Shown in pieces: positions 41,926 through 57,482 of a DNA stretch of 64,000 nt. The notes under the pieces are model-generated. The model searched no databases. It was not told the origin of the DNA and saw only the letters and a list, made by a program, of their open reading frames with translations. Each line of letters starts with the position of its first letter. Within the stretch, counting starts at the first letter, position 1. Source of the DNA: Octopus sinensis (lineage: Eukaryota); assembly GCF_006345805.1 (NCBI RefSeq), contig NC_043003.1, positions 57,102,001 to 57,166,000 of the forward strand. Reading direction: 5' to 3'. Made by a program: the position numbers and the translations under genes.

Positions 41926-42193
41926 TGGTTATAACCAGGCAACAATAGCAGCAAATATTAATTAAACAAAAAGAAAAAAAGATAATAACCGAATGGAATT
42001 CTAGTAATAATTATAATACGGTAAAACGTAATATTTCATAATATCAGATATTAAATAAATATATGGAAACAGGATATTATTCAATGAAATATTCATTAGT
42101 AAATAAGGAAAATATATAAATATATGCTAAATATAAGTTAATATTATATGTATGTATGTTTATATAATATATAATATATATATATATAATATC

Positions 42194-42225
<32 letters not shown>

Positions 42226-42477
42226 GTATGTATATATGTATGTATGTATATATATATATTATATGTATATATAATATATGTATGTATATATATATATGTA
42301 TGTATATATATATACATATATACATGTATGTATATATATATACATATATATACATATGTGTATATATATATATATATTATATATATATATATATACGTTT
42401 ATATATATGCATGTATATATGTATATATATACAGATAGATAGACATGCATATATATTTATACACACGCACTGGGATA

Positions 42478-42938
42478 TATAGATATGCCCGTGCGTTACC
42501 CGGTTTTGTATTTGTTTGCTAAATAATGTTGTGTTGAAACAAGCGATTATATTATTGATGAGTCATCTTGGCTTTTACTGAAAGCGCAAATAATTACTCA
42601 AGCTCGATTTTTATTTGCCGCATGATTCGACTATCCACTACAATGTGTCAAGAAAAAGTTCGTACCATTTCTATGAGACTTTTGCGTTCTATACCTTGCA
42701 ATTCTGGCAGAAACCTACTCTCAGAAATGTAATGGAATTTTTGGATGCGTTATAATAGGAAATTATATTAACATTTAAATAAAATCCAAATGGAGCACTT
42801 TTGGTGTTCATATCTGGCTAAACATTTACTACCAACATTCAACTGAACATGTATGTGTAAACACACGCACAGATATACACACGTGTATGTATGTTTGTAT
42901 GTATGTATGTATGTATGTATGTATGTATGTATGTATGT

Positions 42939-43013
<75 letters not shown>

Positions 43014-43020
43014 TTTATGT
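42478..43020 (+). mobile_element. Possible Helitron/HINE-like non-autonomous element
   Basis: Starts tagatatgcccgtgcgttacccgg, resembling Helitron-type 5' ends, and carries a distal (TATG)n(GATA)n; the 3' hairpin was not identified. Confidence 0.3.
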
Positions 43021-43785
43021 TTTGATTCGATATACTTTACCAGGTTTTTTAAAATGAGATCCAGTGAAACATCTCACTCCCATATATGAAATGTATAGAC
43101 GAAGCGAAAGCAGGTAAGGTTGTAAAAACATGGAATCATGTAATACGTTATAAAGTGAAAACCAAATGCTACTGTTTTAATTGCATTTAATACGTATGTT
43201 TCGAATGGTTATGTAAGTAAAACGTCTGACACAATACCTTCGTCAGTCGAAGTATTTGAAATATTTGAAATATTTAGACGGAACAAGATTAATTTTGGAA
43301 GTAAATTTTTCAGACAATTAAGTGAAATCCAGGCAATAAATGCATTCAATACATGAACATTAATTTTACTATTTACATCTATATATGTGTGTGTGTTTGT
43401 GTGTATCTATACAACCACAAATATATGTGCAGATATAAATTCACACACACACACACACACACATATACGTTTATGAATTCGTTTTGCTCTATTGCTGATG
43501 TGAAATCATGCGATGAAACAGATATTGATGCATTTCGGGATAGTCATTTATTTATTTGGCAAATAATCCCACGTAGTATATTTTCGTCCTTCACTCGTTT
43601 ATTACTGTTCTTATTCTAACTCATGTCCATTCTCTGGGAATCTTTCGTCACACATCTGTGACCTCCTCGGTGACATTTTCCGTCTTCGTGTATGCTTTTG
43701 CCCTGATTATTCCATTCTGTTCTTGTATGATGTGCATTCTTATATGCGCATACATCTGTGTTTGCGTGTGTATATTTATATATAT

Positions 43786-44012
43786 ATTTCTTTACTGCCC
43801 ACAAGGGGCTAAACGTAGAGGGGAGAAACAAGGACAGACAAACGGATTAAGTCGATTACATCGACCCCAGTGCGTAACTGGTACTTAATTTATCGACCCC
43901 GAAAGGATGAAAGGCAAAGTCGACCTCAGCGGAATTTGAACACAGAACGTATCGGCAGACGAAATACGGCTACGCATTTCGCCCGGCGTGCTAACGTTTC
44001 TGCCAGCTCGCC
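43786..44012 (-). mobile_element. SINE family A monomer (long-tail type, young)
   Basis: Close reverse-complement match to the first unit of the 4577 multimer. Confidence 0.92.
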
Positions 44013-44832
44013 TTATATATATATATACATGTGTGTGTGTGTGAGTGTGTGTGTGTGTGGTGTGTGTGTGTGTGTGTGTGTTTGTGTGTGTCATTGTTTT
44101 TAGGTGCACTATGACCCTCCCATCAGCCTCGCACCAATCCCGTTACTACTGCTTCTGTTCTTGAACCCGTCTTTACGTACCTTTCTTGTAACTCACTGTG
44201 TTTGTCTGTTCGCCCATGCTTCTGCTAATGTGGCAGTTGTTGTTGTAGTCGTTGGTGTTGTTGCCATTGTTGTTAATCGTATTGTTGATATTGTTGCGAG
44301 AGACAGACAGACAGACAGACAGATGGTGGGGACAGAAACCTATAATGAAATACCAAGTAGGATAAATTGATTTATTGATTATTTGATATTATCTTCGATT
44401 AACGAAAAAGGTAAACATGAGACAAATGCAATCGATACTGAGAAATGAAGATGATCGCAAGCAAACAACAATTCTCCGAATTAACATGCCTTAATAGAAA
44501 AAAAAAATTCTTTTCCTAGAGTCAAGTGGACGGATGTGAAAGCATGCTCCAACCATATATAACATTTATGAATGCAAAAAAAAAAATGAGCAGAAATTTT
44601 AATGGCCTTGAGCAATTAACATTATTATATCAAAAATTAGTTAAAAGAATTAATTCATAATTGCCAATAGCAAGAATTTGGATAACAAGGACAAAGCAAT
44701 TATATTAAATATAATATTAAATGTCATTCAAGGTGAATTCTTGATTAACTAAGAGTATCTTCGATTCGAGAGGAATATAAATATGTGGTGTACTGGCGTA
44801 GTGCGTGTGTATGTATGTGTTTGTGAGTACAA

Positions 44833-44919
<87 letters not shown>

Positions 44920-45024
44920 CAGAGAATGTGATGCACTAACATTATTAATATTTGGTGCCATGTGTGTATATGTATGCGCACCAATTTACCTCTCAATCTA
45001 TCAATCTAGGTAGCTATCTTTATA

Positions 45025-46304
45025 TTGGGTTGTCCGGAAAGTTAGTGCCGATTTATAATAGCTTACCTTTCGACTTATTTTGGAACATGGTTGAATCCAT
45101 AAAATAGGATTTGACTACACCTCCATTTAGAGCGAGGTTTAAGCTACCCTTTGGTGGAAGAATGTTTGTTTTTCTATAACTTGTGTTAATTCTGTAACCC
45201 TTTAAAATAGAAGATAAGAAAGTTCATTTTCGGCACTTAACGCTTTTCTTTTTCCGTAAAGGGAAAAATGCCTCACAAGCAACCAAAGAAATATGCGCAG
45301 TTTACGGTGATGTTTCTTTATCCGAAAGAAATGTACGGAAGTGGTTCGCAAGGTTCCGAACTGGAGATTGTAGCCTTATTGATAAAGAGCGATCAGGCAG
45401 ACCATCCACTACAGATGATGAACAATTCAAATCATTAATTGAGAATGACCTACATTGCACAACCCGAGAATTGGCAGAAAGCCTCAATCTATGAAAACCC
45501 ATCGTTCATGAGCACCTAGTAAAGTCTGGATATACAAATCGCTACGATGTTTGGGTACCACATGAGTTGAGTTAGAAGAACCTTTTGGATCGCATTTCTA
45601 TCAGTGATTTGCTTTATAAACGGAATAAAAACGCGCCTTTTTTTAAAGCAAATTGTGATAGTTGATTAGAAATGTCTACCGAAATGTTCAGAGAAAGCGA
45701 TCTTGGAGTAAGCGACATGAGCCACCCTTAGCCACCTCCAAAGTGGGTCTTCACTCTAAAAAAGCTTTGCTTTATGTCTAGTGGAATTGGAAAGGAATGT
45801 TGTACTATGATATTCTCCCAAGTAACCAGACAATCAATTCTGAGAAATACTGCACACAACTGGACGAGTTAAAAGCAGCAATTCAAGAGAAACTTCCAGA
45901 ATTGGCCAACAGGAAGGGTGCTGTTTTCCAACATGATAATGCAATACCGCACGTTTCTTTGGGAACCAGACAAAAATTGCTGCAGCTCGGCTGGGATGTG
46001 TTACCCCATCCTCCATATTCACTAGATATTGCTCCTTCGGATTTCTATTTATTCAGGTCTCTGCAGAATAGTCTTAATGGCAAAAATTTCAATTCCTTGG
46101 ATGACGTAAAAAGATACCTTGATGAATTTTTTGCCATGAAACCATCTCAATTCTGGGAAGAGGGTATTTTCAAGTTAAAGGGAAAATGGAGACGCATTGT
46201 GCAACGAAATGGTTCATATTTGGTTGATTAAAAATGGAATGGCAAGTATTTATTGACCTTTTGCTTTACTTTAAAAATCGGCACGAACTTTCCGGACAAC
46301 CCAA
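45025..46304 (+). mobile_element. Full-length mariner (Tc1/mariner, D34D), inactive
   Basis: 30-bp TIRs (ttgggttgtccggaaagtt[a/c]gtgccgattt, 1 mismatch), TA at 45023-45024 and 46305-46306, length 1280 bp. Confidence 0.97.
45207..46231 (+). pseudogene. Mariner transposase pseudogene
   Basis: Start codon appears as ATA; internal stops and frameshifts. Motifs WVPHEL, HDNA-x-PH and PHPPYSLDIAPSDFYLF; 34 residues between the second and third catalytic D. Confidence 0.95.
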
Positions 46305-47326
46305 TACACCCACGCTCGCATGCAAACATGCGTATGTGCGTGCGAGCGCGTGCATTGTTTGATTTATTGATTGTTATAAAAACCATTTCTTATATGCAAC
46401 ATAGATCGAACCAGTGAATTTCTTTTTACGAAATGGAAGAAATTTTTAATCGTTTCAAAACGTACTGACCCTCATAATAGCATGACTTAACTGTTGTATT
46501 ATAAAAGGGTGATTGGATGAGCTATCAGTTTCCTCTCTATTCACTATCGTTTCCTAATAATAGAGGGAGGTAATTCACGAGGATTAACTTGCTAAGCTTA
46601 TTGTTGTAGTATGAATGTATTCATTTGTATGTTGCTTGTGATATTAGATAAGTGTTATTTTGTTACTTGCAATGTTATCTTAAATAAATGTTTGAGAGAT
46701 GGTAAATTCCAATTATATGACAATTTATTCAGTATAAACATTATTTCGTGAAACTGGATTCATCATAATCGAAAGCAGAGCACACGTACGTAATCTAGCT
46801 GATTCAGAATGGAGCATATGATTAGTTCTCTATAGCTCCATATCGTCCCAGCTTTTCGGTCACTGCTCGTGAATGGAAACATACGAACTTAAAAGCTCTC
46901 TTTATATTTCTACTCTCGAAGCAATGTAAATAAATTGAGACTTCTCATAAACATAGATTCACTCAAGAGATACAATATAGTCTCTGCATGTTCGACTTAG
47001 TTCTGTTCCAACACAATATGCACAATTTATCAATGAAATCTGTGAGCATTATCGCTTTGCAACTCGGTAACAGCTTCGTGGAGATTGTTCAGAAGAGTAT
47101 TTTAAGCCCTAAGAATTTTAAATAAGAATTTTAACTTACGAGCAATGACTGTAGCTAAAGATGGACATGGGTCAATTTCAGTTGCCTAAACGTGTAGCTT
47201 GAATCTTTAATTAATCTTGTAGCGTTTATTTGAAATCCGTATGTTTGATTTGTCCATCATGCTTTATCAGGCAAGTGATTTTGACTCATATCAAATGCAT
47301 TATGATTTGTATAGTAGTATGCAGAG

Positions 47327-47632
47327 AGGGAGCGAGGCTTAATGGTTATGAGTATTCGGCTCGCGATCGTAAAGTCGTGAGTTCGATTGCCGGAGATGTA
47401 TTGAGTCCTTGAGTAAGACGCTTCATTTCAAATTGCTCCAGTTCATTCAACTGGAAAAAAATGAGTAGTGCCAGTTTTGTAGCATTCTGTGTTATCCTGA
47501 ATCTCACTGAGATCTACGCAAACGGTACGCGTTTCTGTGGAGTGCTCAGCCACTTGCACGTTGATATCACGAGCAGGCTGTTCCGTTGATCGGATCAACT
47601 GGAACCTTCGTCATCGTAACTGACAGAGTCCC
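47327..47632 (+). mobile_element. tRNA/CORE-like SINE family D
   Basis: ggcttaatggtta head, gagttcgatt B box, gtccttgagtaagacgcttcatttc CORE-like segment and a tail shared with 36338. Confidence 0.85.
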
Positions 47633-48091
47633 AGTTGTATGCAGTTAATCTATTAAATTAAATCTAATGTATCTGACCGAGCTATATCTTGTGAAAACAG
47701 CGTAGATTCCTTTTCAGAAATAGTAACAATTATTTCGGCAGATGAATCGTATTTGAATCAATGGCGAATAACGCTGAATGCTGAACGGTTGAATAGACAA
47801 CAAATTGTCAATGGCCCGGATCAACCAGTTCAGTTACTGGAGTACTGCTATCATCTGAAGCAATGGCGTGCGCAAATGAGATATTTCAACGTGCGAAAGA
47901 CCAATGTAACCAAAACCCGAGTCAGACAATCATGGCACATCGCTCGATCGAAATGTCTGACGTGGAAGAATTACATTGGATTGTGTAGCTCACCACACTG
48001 GATGACAATCATATTTTTCAAAATGCATTATTTATTTATTTTTGGTGCGATTTTAACGTTTCCGTCGATGTTTCACGCGTAAAATTGAGTA

Positions 48092-48393
48092 TGTTTGTTC
48101 CTACTTGAGCCATGCCTGGCTCATTAGGGCCGGTTTCCCGGTTTCCTTGGCATATATGTTCCCGACTTGGACCGGACGCTGGTCCATCGGAGTTGAGTTG
48201 CAAGATGCAGGAGGAAAGAGTGAGAGAAAGTTGTGGCGAAAGAGTCAGCAGAAGTTCGCAATCACCTTATGCCGGAGCCGCGTGGAGCTTAGGTGTTCCG
48301 CTCATAAACACACACATCGCCCGATCTGAGATTCAAATCCCGCGATCCCTCAACTGCGAGTCCGATGCTCTAACCACTAGGCCATGTGCCTCC
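48092..48393 (-). mobile_element. SINE family C (full length)
   Basis: Reverse complement of 37718-38020. Confidence 0.92.
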
Positions 48394-49387
48394 ACAAAAC
48401 TGAGTATAATAAGTATTAAAAGAAGTGCCACTTAGTGTTCGGAAGGATGTCGAATTGCCTCTGCATCACCACTGCTGCGAAAGTTTAGGTGCTTCCCTTA
48501 GATAGTATCGAATGTATGAATGAAGCAAGTGGTTAAATAACATACTTGAAAAATAGTGGTAATTCTGAAATTTTTATCTATTCTGATTTCTTCCAGTGTC
48601 ACTAAATATAGACATTCTGTTTCTACATCTTCGCTGTCTGTTCGAAATTTAGGTTTTGTAAATACAATCCCAAAGGAAACTGTCGAAATGAAATACACAT
48701 TTCTGTGCCTCTTCGTCAGCAATGTTCTGACGTTATTTTTGGCCACTACTGCCAGAAATTCCATTCCGATGTAACACTGACATATGCAGTTGGATTATTT
48801 CTCTTGTTATTTACGAATCTAGTACTTTTTGCGTTGAACTTCCAGCGATATTTATTAATTAATTTGTGATAGCTGCATAGTAAGGGCGAGCTCACGTCGT
48901 TAGTCCCATGAAGATCGCAAATATATATAAAAATAGAAATGTTTGTGTGAAGTAACTCTGTGTGGTGTATGCAAGTTGTCTACAATCAGATTCCAGTTAG
49001 CACTGAGGATAAATAGCACTGCAATTGAAGTAGAGATGTCTTTTGACTGACCAATAGAGGGGCTTCTTTCTAGCGCATCGTAAATTGCGTTTTGAAGGAA
49101 AATAAACTAACTCCAATTTTTGCATACTTTTAAAAAGAGGAATATTATGATGCTAATATACAAAAGTGTGACAGTTGTTAAGAGAAGAAATGTACGCTCA
49201 AATGGGGACAAGTTTACGTTTTCGAGTGCAATACCTACTATCCTTCATAGAGGACTTGAAAACGGAGAGATGCGTTCAGATTCAGAACAACTATCTACAT
49301 TGTGCTCAGTGCGGGATCTATCTCGAGCATGAAAGAGTAAATATTTTCGCAGATCTGTGCAAATTTTGACTATTATATTAGTGGTTG

Positions 49388-49700
49388 TGGAGTCGCAATG
49401 GCCTAGTGATTAGGGCAGCGGACTCGCGGTTGTAGGAACACGGTTTCCATTCCCAGACCGGGCGTTGTGAGTGTTTATTGCGTGAAAACACCTAAAGCTC
49501 CACGAGGCTCCAGCACGGATTGGTGGCGATCCCTGCTGTACTCTTTCGCCACAACTTTCTCTCACTCTTACATCTGTTGGCCTGCTCGCTTAGACAGTGG
49601 GGTGGCGTCATTTGAAGGCTAAAACAATGCGAAGTGCATTGCGACCAGCGGTGTGTACCACCATCTGATAGCCTGGGCGGTCCGGTGATCACGGTGATAT
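49388..49700 (+). mobile_element. SINE with family C head and core and a third tail type
   Basis: Head and core match family C; the tail (tgttggcctgctcgcttag..gaaggctaaaacaatgcg) differs. Confidence 0.85.
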
Positions 49701-50354
49701 TAGTGGTTATATTATCATTTTTGTAAGAAGAGACTGTCCAATAGTAGCCTTATTTTCACAAACCAGAAAACCACCATGCTACGATCTTAAACGAGGCGCA
49801 AGCAACTATTGAAATGATTCCTCGCTTGTGAATCACATTAGCTTCATGCTTGATAAGCATGATAGAACAGAAGAACGAGAAGCCGTAACATTGGAGAATC
49901 AAATTATTGTTTTACAGCTTCGATATTGTTTACCGACCTGATAAATATAATGTTGTTACTGACATGTTTTTCACCCGTATTGTTGGATGACACTTTATGA
50001 GCACACGCACATTTGGTTGAGCTTCGTAATATGTTGTGCCACCCAGGGATTACTCGTTTGTATAAGTTTTGAGATCTAAAAACATGCGCTACTCTCAAGA
50101 GGAAATAGGACGGTTGGATTGTATAGCGTAAGTGCAGAACGGTAAGTAAAATTTCCCCAACCAGAGAAAACACATCACATAAAAGCAACTCAGAGCCTTT
50201 TGGATGGCTACATATCATCTTCAAAGGACTTCTTCCTAGGATCGACAACAATCGATAATTTCTTAGCATTTTTCTTATATTATATATATCTTTATATGTA
50301 TACATGCATTTGTATGTGTATACAGACATTTGTGTATGAATAGAAATATATATA

Positions 50355-50407
<53 letters not shown>

Positions 50408-50435
50408 TATATATATATTATATATATATATATAT

Positions 50436-50470
<35 letters not shown>

Positions 50471-50484
50471 TAGATAGATAGATA

Positions 50485-50518
<34 letters not shown>

Positions 50519-51500
50519 CAGTAGATAGATATATACATATATATATATTATATATATATATAATATATATATATATGAATACAGTGTACATTTAAACAGA
50601 TAAGAGACATCGATCATAGGACTCTTGTACGCTAGAAAGAACAGTACCTGCTGAAGAAGGCTCCGCCTAGCAAATTAGATTATGTGCTAAAATAAATCTG
50701 AACCATGGTCCAGGAGTTAGATAGTAAATGTTTTCGTTTTCATTGTGTTCGACGTTTTTTGGGTTGGGGGTGTCATGTACCCATATATGCATGTATATAT
50801 ACATGTAGAGATAGGTACGTACATATACGTATGTATATAGCATATGTTTTATTTTATTTATTAATTTATATATATATATATAATATATATATATATATAT
50901 AAACACATACATACATGCAGGCATACATTTGTAATATATATACACACATATATGTATTTATTTTACATAAACAAAGGAATTCGCGAAATTTGTGCCCTGT
51001 GAAGTATTTCTTCTCAACTGCAACATAAACTGAAAATATTTAAAAAATTACAAGAGTACTTCAGCAACAACAGAAGTACTATCTCTGGCAATTACTGGCA
51101 GAGAGCAGATGCCCAACAAGTTTACAAAACTGGATTTCGAAGATACCAATGACTGTTACTTTCCTTGAGCATTCCACAAGATAAATAGCAATGTTCATTT
51201 TGGCAGGAATTATATTTAGACTGCAAAGAACCGGAATAAACATCACAAAGCAAATTTCCGGACACCTTCAGATCTATCAAAAACGCCGCAGTCAAAATTG
51301 AGTATGAACAGATTTGATCGCAGTACGGAAAGAACAGTAACTACCTAATGTCCACAGCTGTTTATAAGTTGCCTTCAATTATATGATTTCTAAAGGACGC
51401 TAAAGAAAAGCCAGATCAGAGAAATTGAAATTTATTCAAAATACATTTAAAATGTGTTAGCAATTTAAAATACATCAGAAAGTGTATGTTTATGTGTGTT

Positions 51501-51547
<47 letters not shown>

Positions 51548-52369
51548 TAAATAGATAGATTAATACATACAAGAATACTTGTATGACATATTATATATTA
51601 CACATGTGTATATAGGGTATACATTTATAAATTATAAATATAATATATTAGATAGATAGGTAAATAGACAGGTGAAAAGATATATTATATTACATATTAC
51701 ATATGTGTATATATATACATATATATATATACACACACGTATATATACAAATATATATATATAAATATACATGTGTTTGTGAGCTCGCGCGCGTAATGCG
51801 TATATATATTTATATATAAATACATAGATACATATATATATATATATATATATAGGTGTGTACATGTTATATCAAGAGGTAGACAGCCAGATGTGTATGT
51901 ATACATGTGTGCATGTATATTTGTGCTTGCGTGTGTATACAACAATCCTTCATGACGAAGTCAATTACAAGAAAAATCAAACCTTTAAGCTAATATACAC
52001 AATTAAATATACATACAAATATATAGATAGATGAATGTATGTGTATCTCACTCTCTATCTATCTTTCTCATTATATATATATACATACTTTTATATACAT
52101 AAGTTTGAAAGTATATATATTATGTGTATACAATTGTGTAAGTATATATATGTATATATATATATATATACATAAGTGGCGTTTATACATGTGTGGTTGA
52201 GGTACAGGTATGTGTGTATAAATAGCATCATTATATATGCTTGTCTATGAGCATTGGTAAATTTCATTCTTTCAGTTGATATACACACTTACAAAACATG
52301 TACAGTAGGAGTATATCAAATATAAATCCAATATAAATTGGTAGCAAGATTCACAAATAGATAGATGCA

Positions 52370-52670
<301 letters not shown>

Positions 52671-52779
52671 ACACTTAGATATAAATATTCAGGAATATAT
52701 ATATATATATATGCATGGCGGTGTGTGTCTGTATATGTGTGTGGAAATATATGTATATATGTATGTATCCATATGTATA

Positions 52780-52821
<42 letters not shown>

Positions 52822-53634
52822 CACACATACATATATGTATATTAATGAATCAAGTTGTGATGGCAGTTCAATTTAATTCCCGTGTTGAAAATAAAAATTC
52901 AATACAACGAAATTCAAACACACACATACACACAAAGTAAACATAATACATACACACACACATATACATAAGTATATATATGTATATATATATATGGTGT
53001 CTGTGAGTGTGTGTGCGCGTGTGTGTGCGTGTGTGTGTGTGTGTGTACACATACATATATATATAGACATATATATACGCATACTAAGCACATGAATATA
53101 TCAATCCTTTTCCTTTTCGTATTATTTTATTTTTTCTCTTTGCAATTATGAAATCTAATATATTTTCTAAAATTCGATTCCATTGAGATAAAGCTGATGA
53201 AATAAAACGAAACATCGACGCCAACTCCACCTTCTCTAAGAACGACATCAATTTCTGAATGTTTTCATTTCCTAAACTTCTCTCCGAGTGTCGTATCGTT
53301 TGTTTTCAGACAAACAGAAATTCCAATAATATTTAGTCATTAAGATGTAATTAGGAGGTTAGAATTTTTGGTTGGTTTTGCTGTTATTGTTGTTGCTTTC
53401 TTCTTATATGTCTATTGAGATATTTAAATTTTGCTTGCTAAGTTACTGTATACGAATGTGTACACCATCTTATATATATATATATATAGATATATACATA
53501 TATATTTACAGAATTATAAACATAAACATGTGCCTATATCCTACACACAGACACAGAGGCACACTTACAATTAACACACACACACACACGTATATATATA
53601 TTTATATATATATATATATATACATATATATATG

Positions 53635-53708
<74 letters not shown>

Positions 53709-53883
53709 CACATATATGTATATACATATATCTTATATATTATATATATATTTATACATATATATAGTAATATAGACATACATATAGACAGATATCCACT
53801 TATGCCAAATGGAATTTATTAATGATACATATACATGTATACACGCACACACCACATATACACACACACACACACACCACACA

Positions 53884-53924
<41 letters not shown>

Positions 53925-53937
53925 AAGAGAGAGAAAG

Positions 53938-53975
<38 letters not shown>

Positions 53976-54223
53976 TATGTGCATGCATATATACATATAT
54001 ATATATATAAGTATATAATTATATCCATATATTCTTTTCTATACGTCCGGTCTTACATGTATATCTATGTGCATGTATGTATGTTTGTATTAATATGATA
54101 CATGGACTCAGTGAGCATAGAATCTATGGCCGCTCATGCTATTCCTAAAGAAACAGCACTCATACATATATTTATACACATATACATACATGCATACATA
54201 CAAATACATACATATATACATGC

Positions 54224-54256
<33 letters not shown>

Positions 54257-54571
54257 CATATACATTTATATACATGCTAATATATATACTTATATACATA
54301 TATGTAAATACATACGTACGTATATATACATATATACATGTGTGTGTATGAGTATGCAGGTAGTTTGTGAATGTTTGAAACTGTGTTTGTGCATGTGTGT
54401 ATGTCTACATGTAAATTTTATTCTTCAATTCAATATTTTTATAATAAACACCTTTTGCCATATTACTCTTAATAGACAACTTAAAATCATGTTGTCTTGT
54501 CTCTAATATATGAGTCTATGAAAGAGTGAAAAGAATGGTGAATGTATAATCATATATCGTATATATGTAAG

Positions 54572-54615
<44 letters not shown>

Positions 54616-54807
54616 TATATATATATATGTATGTATATATATATGTATATATGTATATATGTGTGTCTGTGTCTGTGTGTGTGTAGCAAATATTTCTTCA
54701 GACATCCACATCCCTGAATATTGTTATCTGCACACACACATAGACACACATAGTCACAGATTAATACACTGAGAGAATACCAATCACACACATACATCCG
54801 CATAATG

Positions 54808-54967
54808 CGAAGGCGTGACTTTCAAGTTAAAATCTTTCTTCCCAACTACGTAGTTCTGGGTTCAGTCCCACTGCGTGGCACCTCGTGCAAATTTTTTATA
54901 CTATAGGTTCTTTCCGCCCAAAGATTTGTAACTGAATTGGGTAGGCAGAAACTGGTGGAAGCTTCAG
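54808..54967 (+). mobile_element. SINE family B 5' half (degraded)
   Basis: gggttcagtcccactgcgtggcacc followed by the CORE-like segment. Confidence 0.65.
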
Positions 54968-55078
54968 GTGTGTGTGTGCTGGTATATCTATATACATATA
55001 TATATAGTTCAAATTTACAGAAAACAAAAGACGAAGTCAGGTGTACAAAGCAAAAGTCATAATGTAATAATAATAATG

Positions 55079-55121
<43 letters not shown>

Positions 55122-55654
55122 TAATAATAATAATAATAATAATAACAACAGTAATGATGATGATGGTGATGATTGATTAAAAAAATAATAATATTGATTG
55201 ATAGAAAAATAATAATGTGTGTAGATTCTGATGTTCACATTGTTGAGTTTTTGAATTTCTGAATTAATTTTTTTTTTTTAAGTTTGTAATTTATTGACAG
55301 GCGCTTATCTCCCTATTTCTTTTATCGTACATCTAATTGTGTTGTTGCAATAAATGTTATATTTTCATATTCTGGTCGTCTGAGAGAAAAGAAAGATGAA
55401 ATTTTCACACAAAATTGTAGATACTAAAGTTTTTTAAATTTTCCAGAGATGTTCGTTTGTATGTCCGATTAGAGAAGACTGTAGTGATTTTGCAATAAAA
55501 AGAATGTTTTCATTTTCGAATACTCAAGGAGAAAGGGAAGCAAAGAAAAGGAAGGTAAAATGTTCACAGAAAATTGTATTGTAGATATTAAAGGTGCAGA
55601 CTTTTTTGGGCAAAATGGTGAAGACGTATGGCATATTACTAGTCAATGTACGCC

Positions 55655-56255
55655 ACTAGCCGTGAAAAAAATATAAGAGACGTCATGGGAATATATCAAG
55701 GATTGTCCATTGGACACTTTGCAACAAGTATGGACTTGACAGAGCAAAAAAGTGGTACGAACATAAACCCGAAGGCATCATAGAAAATAATAATCCAAAA
55801 ATCCTATGGGATTTTATAATTCAGTGTGACAATGAGATAGAGAATAGGAAACCAGACATAGTGTTAATTGAGACTGAAAGCAAGCGATGCTGGTTCATAG
55901 ATATAGTATGCCAAGCTGACAAGGTATGCGATAAGGAAGAAAGAAAAGTCGAAAGATATGGCATGTTATATTGGGAAGTTAAGCAGTTGTGGTCGATGAT
56001 AAAGGTAGTACTAGTACCAATTATTGTCGGAGCCCTGGGAACAGTAAGTAAAAATCTTGAGACGTACATGGAACATATAGAAGCTGCAATAAGAGTGGCA
56101 CACTTACAGAAAAGAGCACTGCTTGGAACCGCTCGAATACTCCGGAAGGTACTCAAAAAATAAGAGGTGTTACCTTCGTTCACTGGTAGTGAAGAGCTGG
56201 CACCGTAGTACATCTCCATCGTTAGAAGCTGTGCAAAGAAAATATAATAATAATA
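55655..56255 (+). mobile_element. 3' fragment of R4/Dong-like element (RLE domain + 3' UTR + TAA tail)
   Basis: YKRRHGNISRIVHW...KILWDF...RKPDIVLI...FIDI...KEERKVERY...PIIVGALG...LQKRALLGTARILRKVLKK*, followed by taataataac. Confidence 0.9.
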
Positions 56256-56266
56256 ACAATAGGGTA

Positions 56267-56302
<36 letters not shown>

Positions 56303-56419
56303 CTGTGTGTGTGTATGTGTGTGTGTGTGCACGTGTGTATGTGTGTTGGTGTGTGTGTGTACGTGTGTATGTGTGTTGGTGTGTGTGTGTGTACGTGTGT
56401 ATGTGTGTTGGTGTGTGTG

Positions 56420-56640
56420 TGTGTCTTTGTCCCAAACAACTGCTTGACAACCGGTGTTGTTGTGTTTACGTCCCATTTACCTAGCGGTTCGGAAAAAGAA
56501 CCCGATTGAATAAATACCAGATGAATAATATATGTAATATGATAGTTTCGATGGATTCAACTAAAATTTTTTGAAGACGGTGCTCCAGCATAGCTGCAGT
56601 CTAATGGCTGAGACAAGAAAAAAGATAAAGTATAAAAGAT
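56420..56640 (+). mobile_element. SINE family B 3' half
   Basis: gcttgacaaccggtg..tttacgtccc..agcggttcgg..ggtgctccagcat. Confidence 0.8.
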
Positions 56641-57419
56641 ATGCACACCTATAGAAGTATATATACACACTCACAAAATTAAACCAACATGCATATGTAT
56701 ACGCACAAATGACAATTGTATATTAATGGTAAGCATTTGGCAAGATTCCTTAATTTCAATGATGATATTCCTGTCAAATTCGATTTGACAGTGATCGAAA
56801 TACCTAATAGGGTCGCCATGATATTTATACTCTAGAAGGCGCTATCACAGCGTGGCTATTGCTCAATGGCTGAAACGACTTGCTGAATAATCAGTAATGT
56901 ACGGTGATTTCACCACCCTCACAGATGATCGTCATCTCCTTTGTGCCTCTGCGTTGTCCATGGCGTTATGAGCATTATCTATCGCATGTCTCTTTAGTAC
57001 CGCTGGGAAACTGCATGATTTGAAGCATAGGTAACATGCTAAGAACTGTAGCTTATTCTGCGCTTCCAACAAGTTAGCTCAGCACATGTCACCACTCGTC
57101 TTTGCCAATGGACCTTCAGATGATGGAATGTCAAATGAGATAACCGTTACAGTGATAGACGACTGTACAACACGAGTACAACCCACCGAATTATTGTGCT
57201 TACTACTTAGTACAAGCCCAAACATGATCACGGTTTTACGTCAGAGTTCCCTCTCCTAGGGGTATGCTGTGAGAACATTTAGGGGTCTCTCACTACTCGA
57301 AACCCTGCAAATCCTAGACCACACCACCACAACCGTATGCAATTTAAAGTACTGAAATCATACATATATACATACATACTAACACATAAATGTAGTCACT
57401 GATTAATATATATATATGA

Positions 57420-57482
<63 letters not shown>

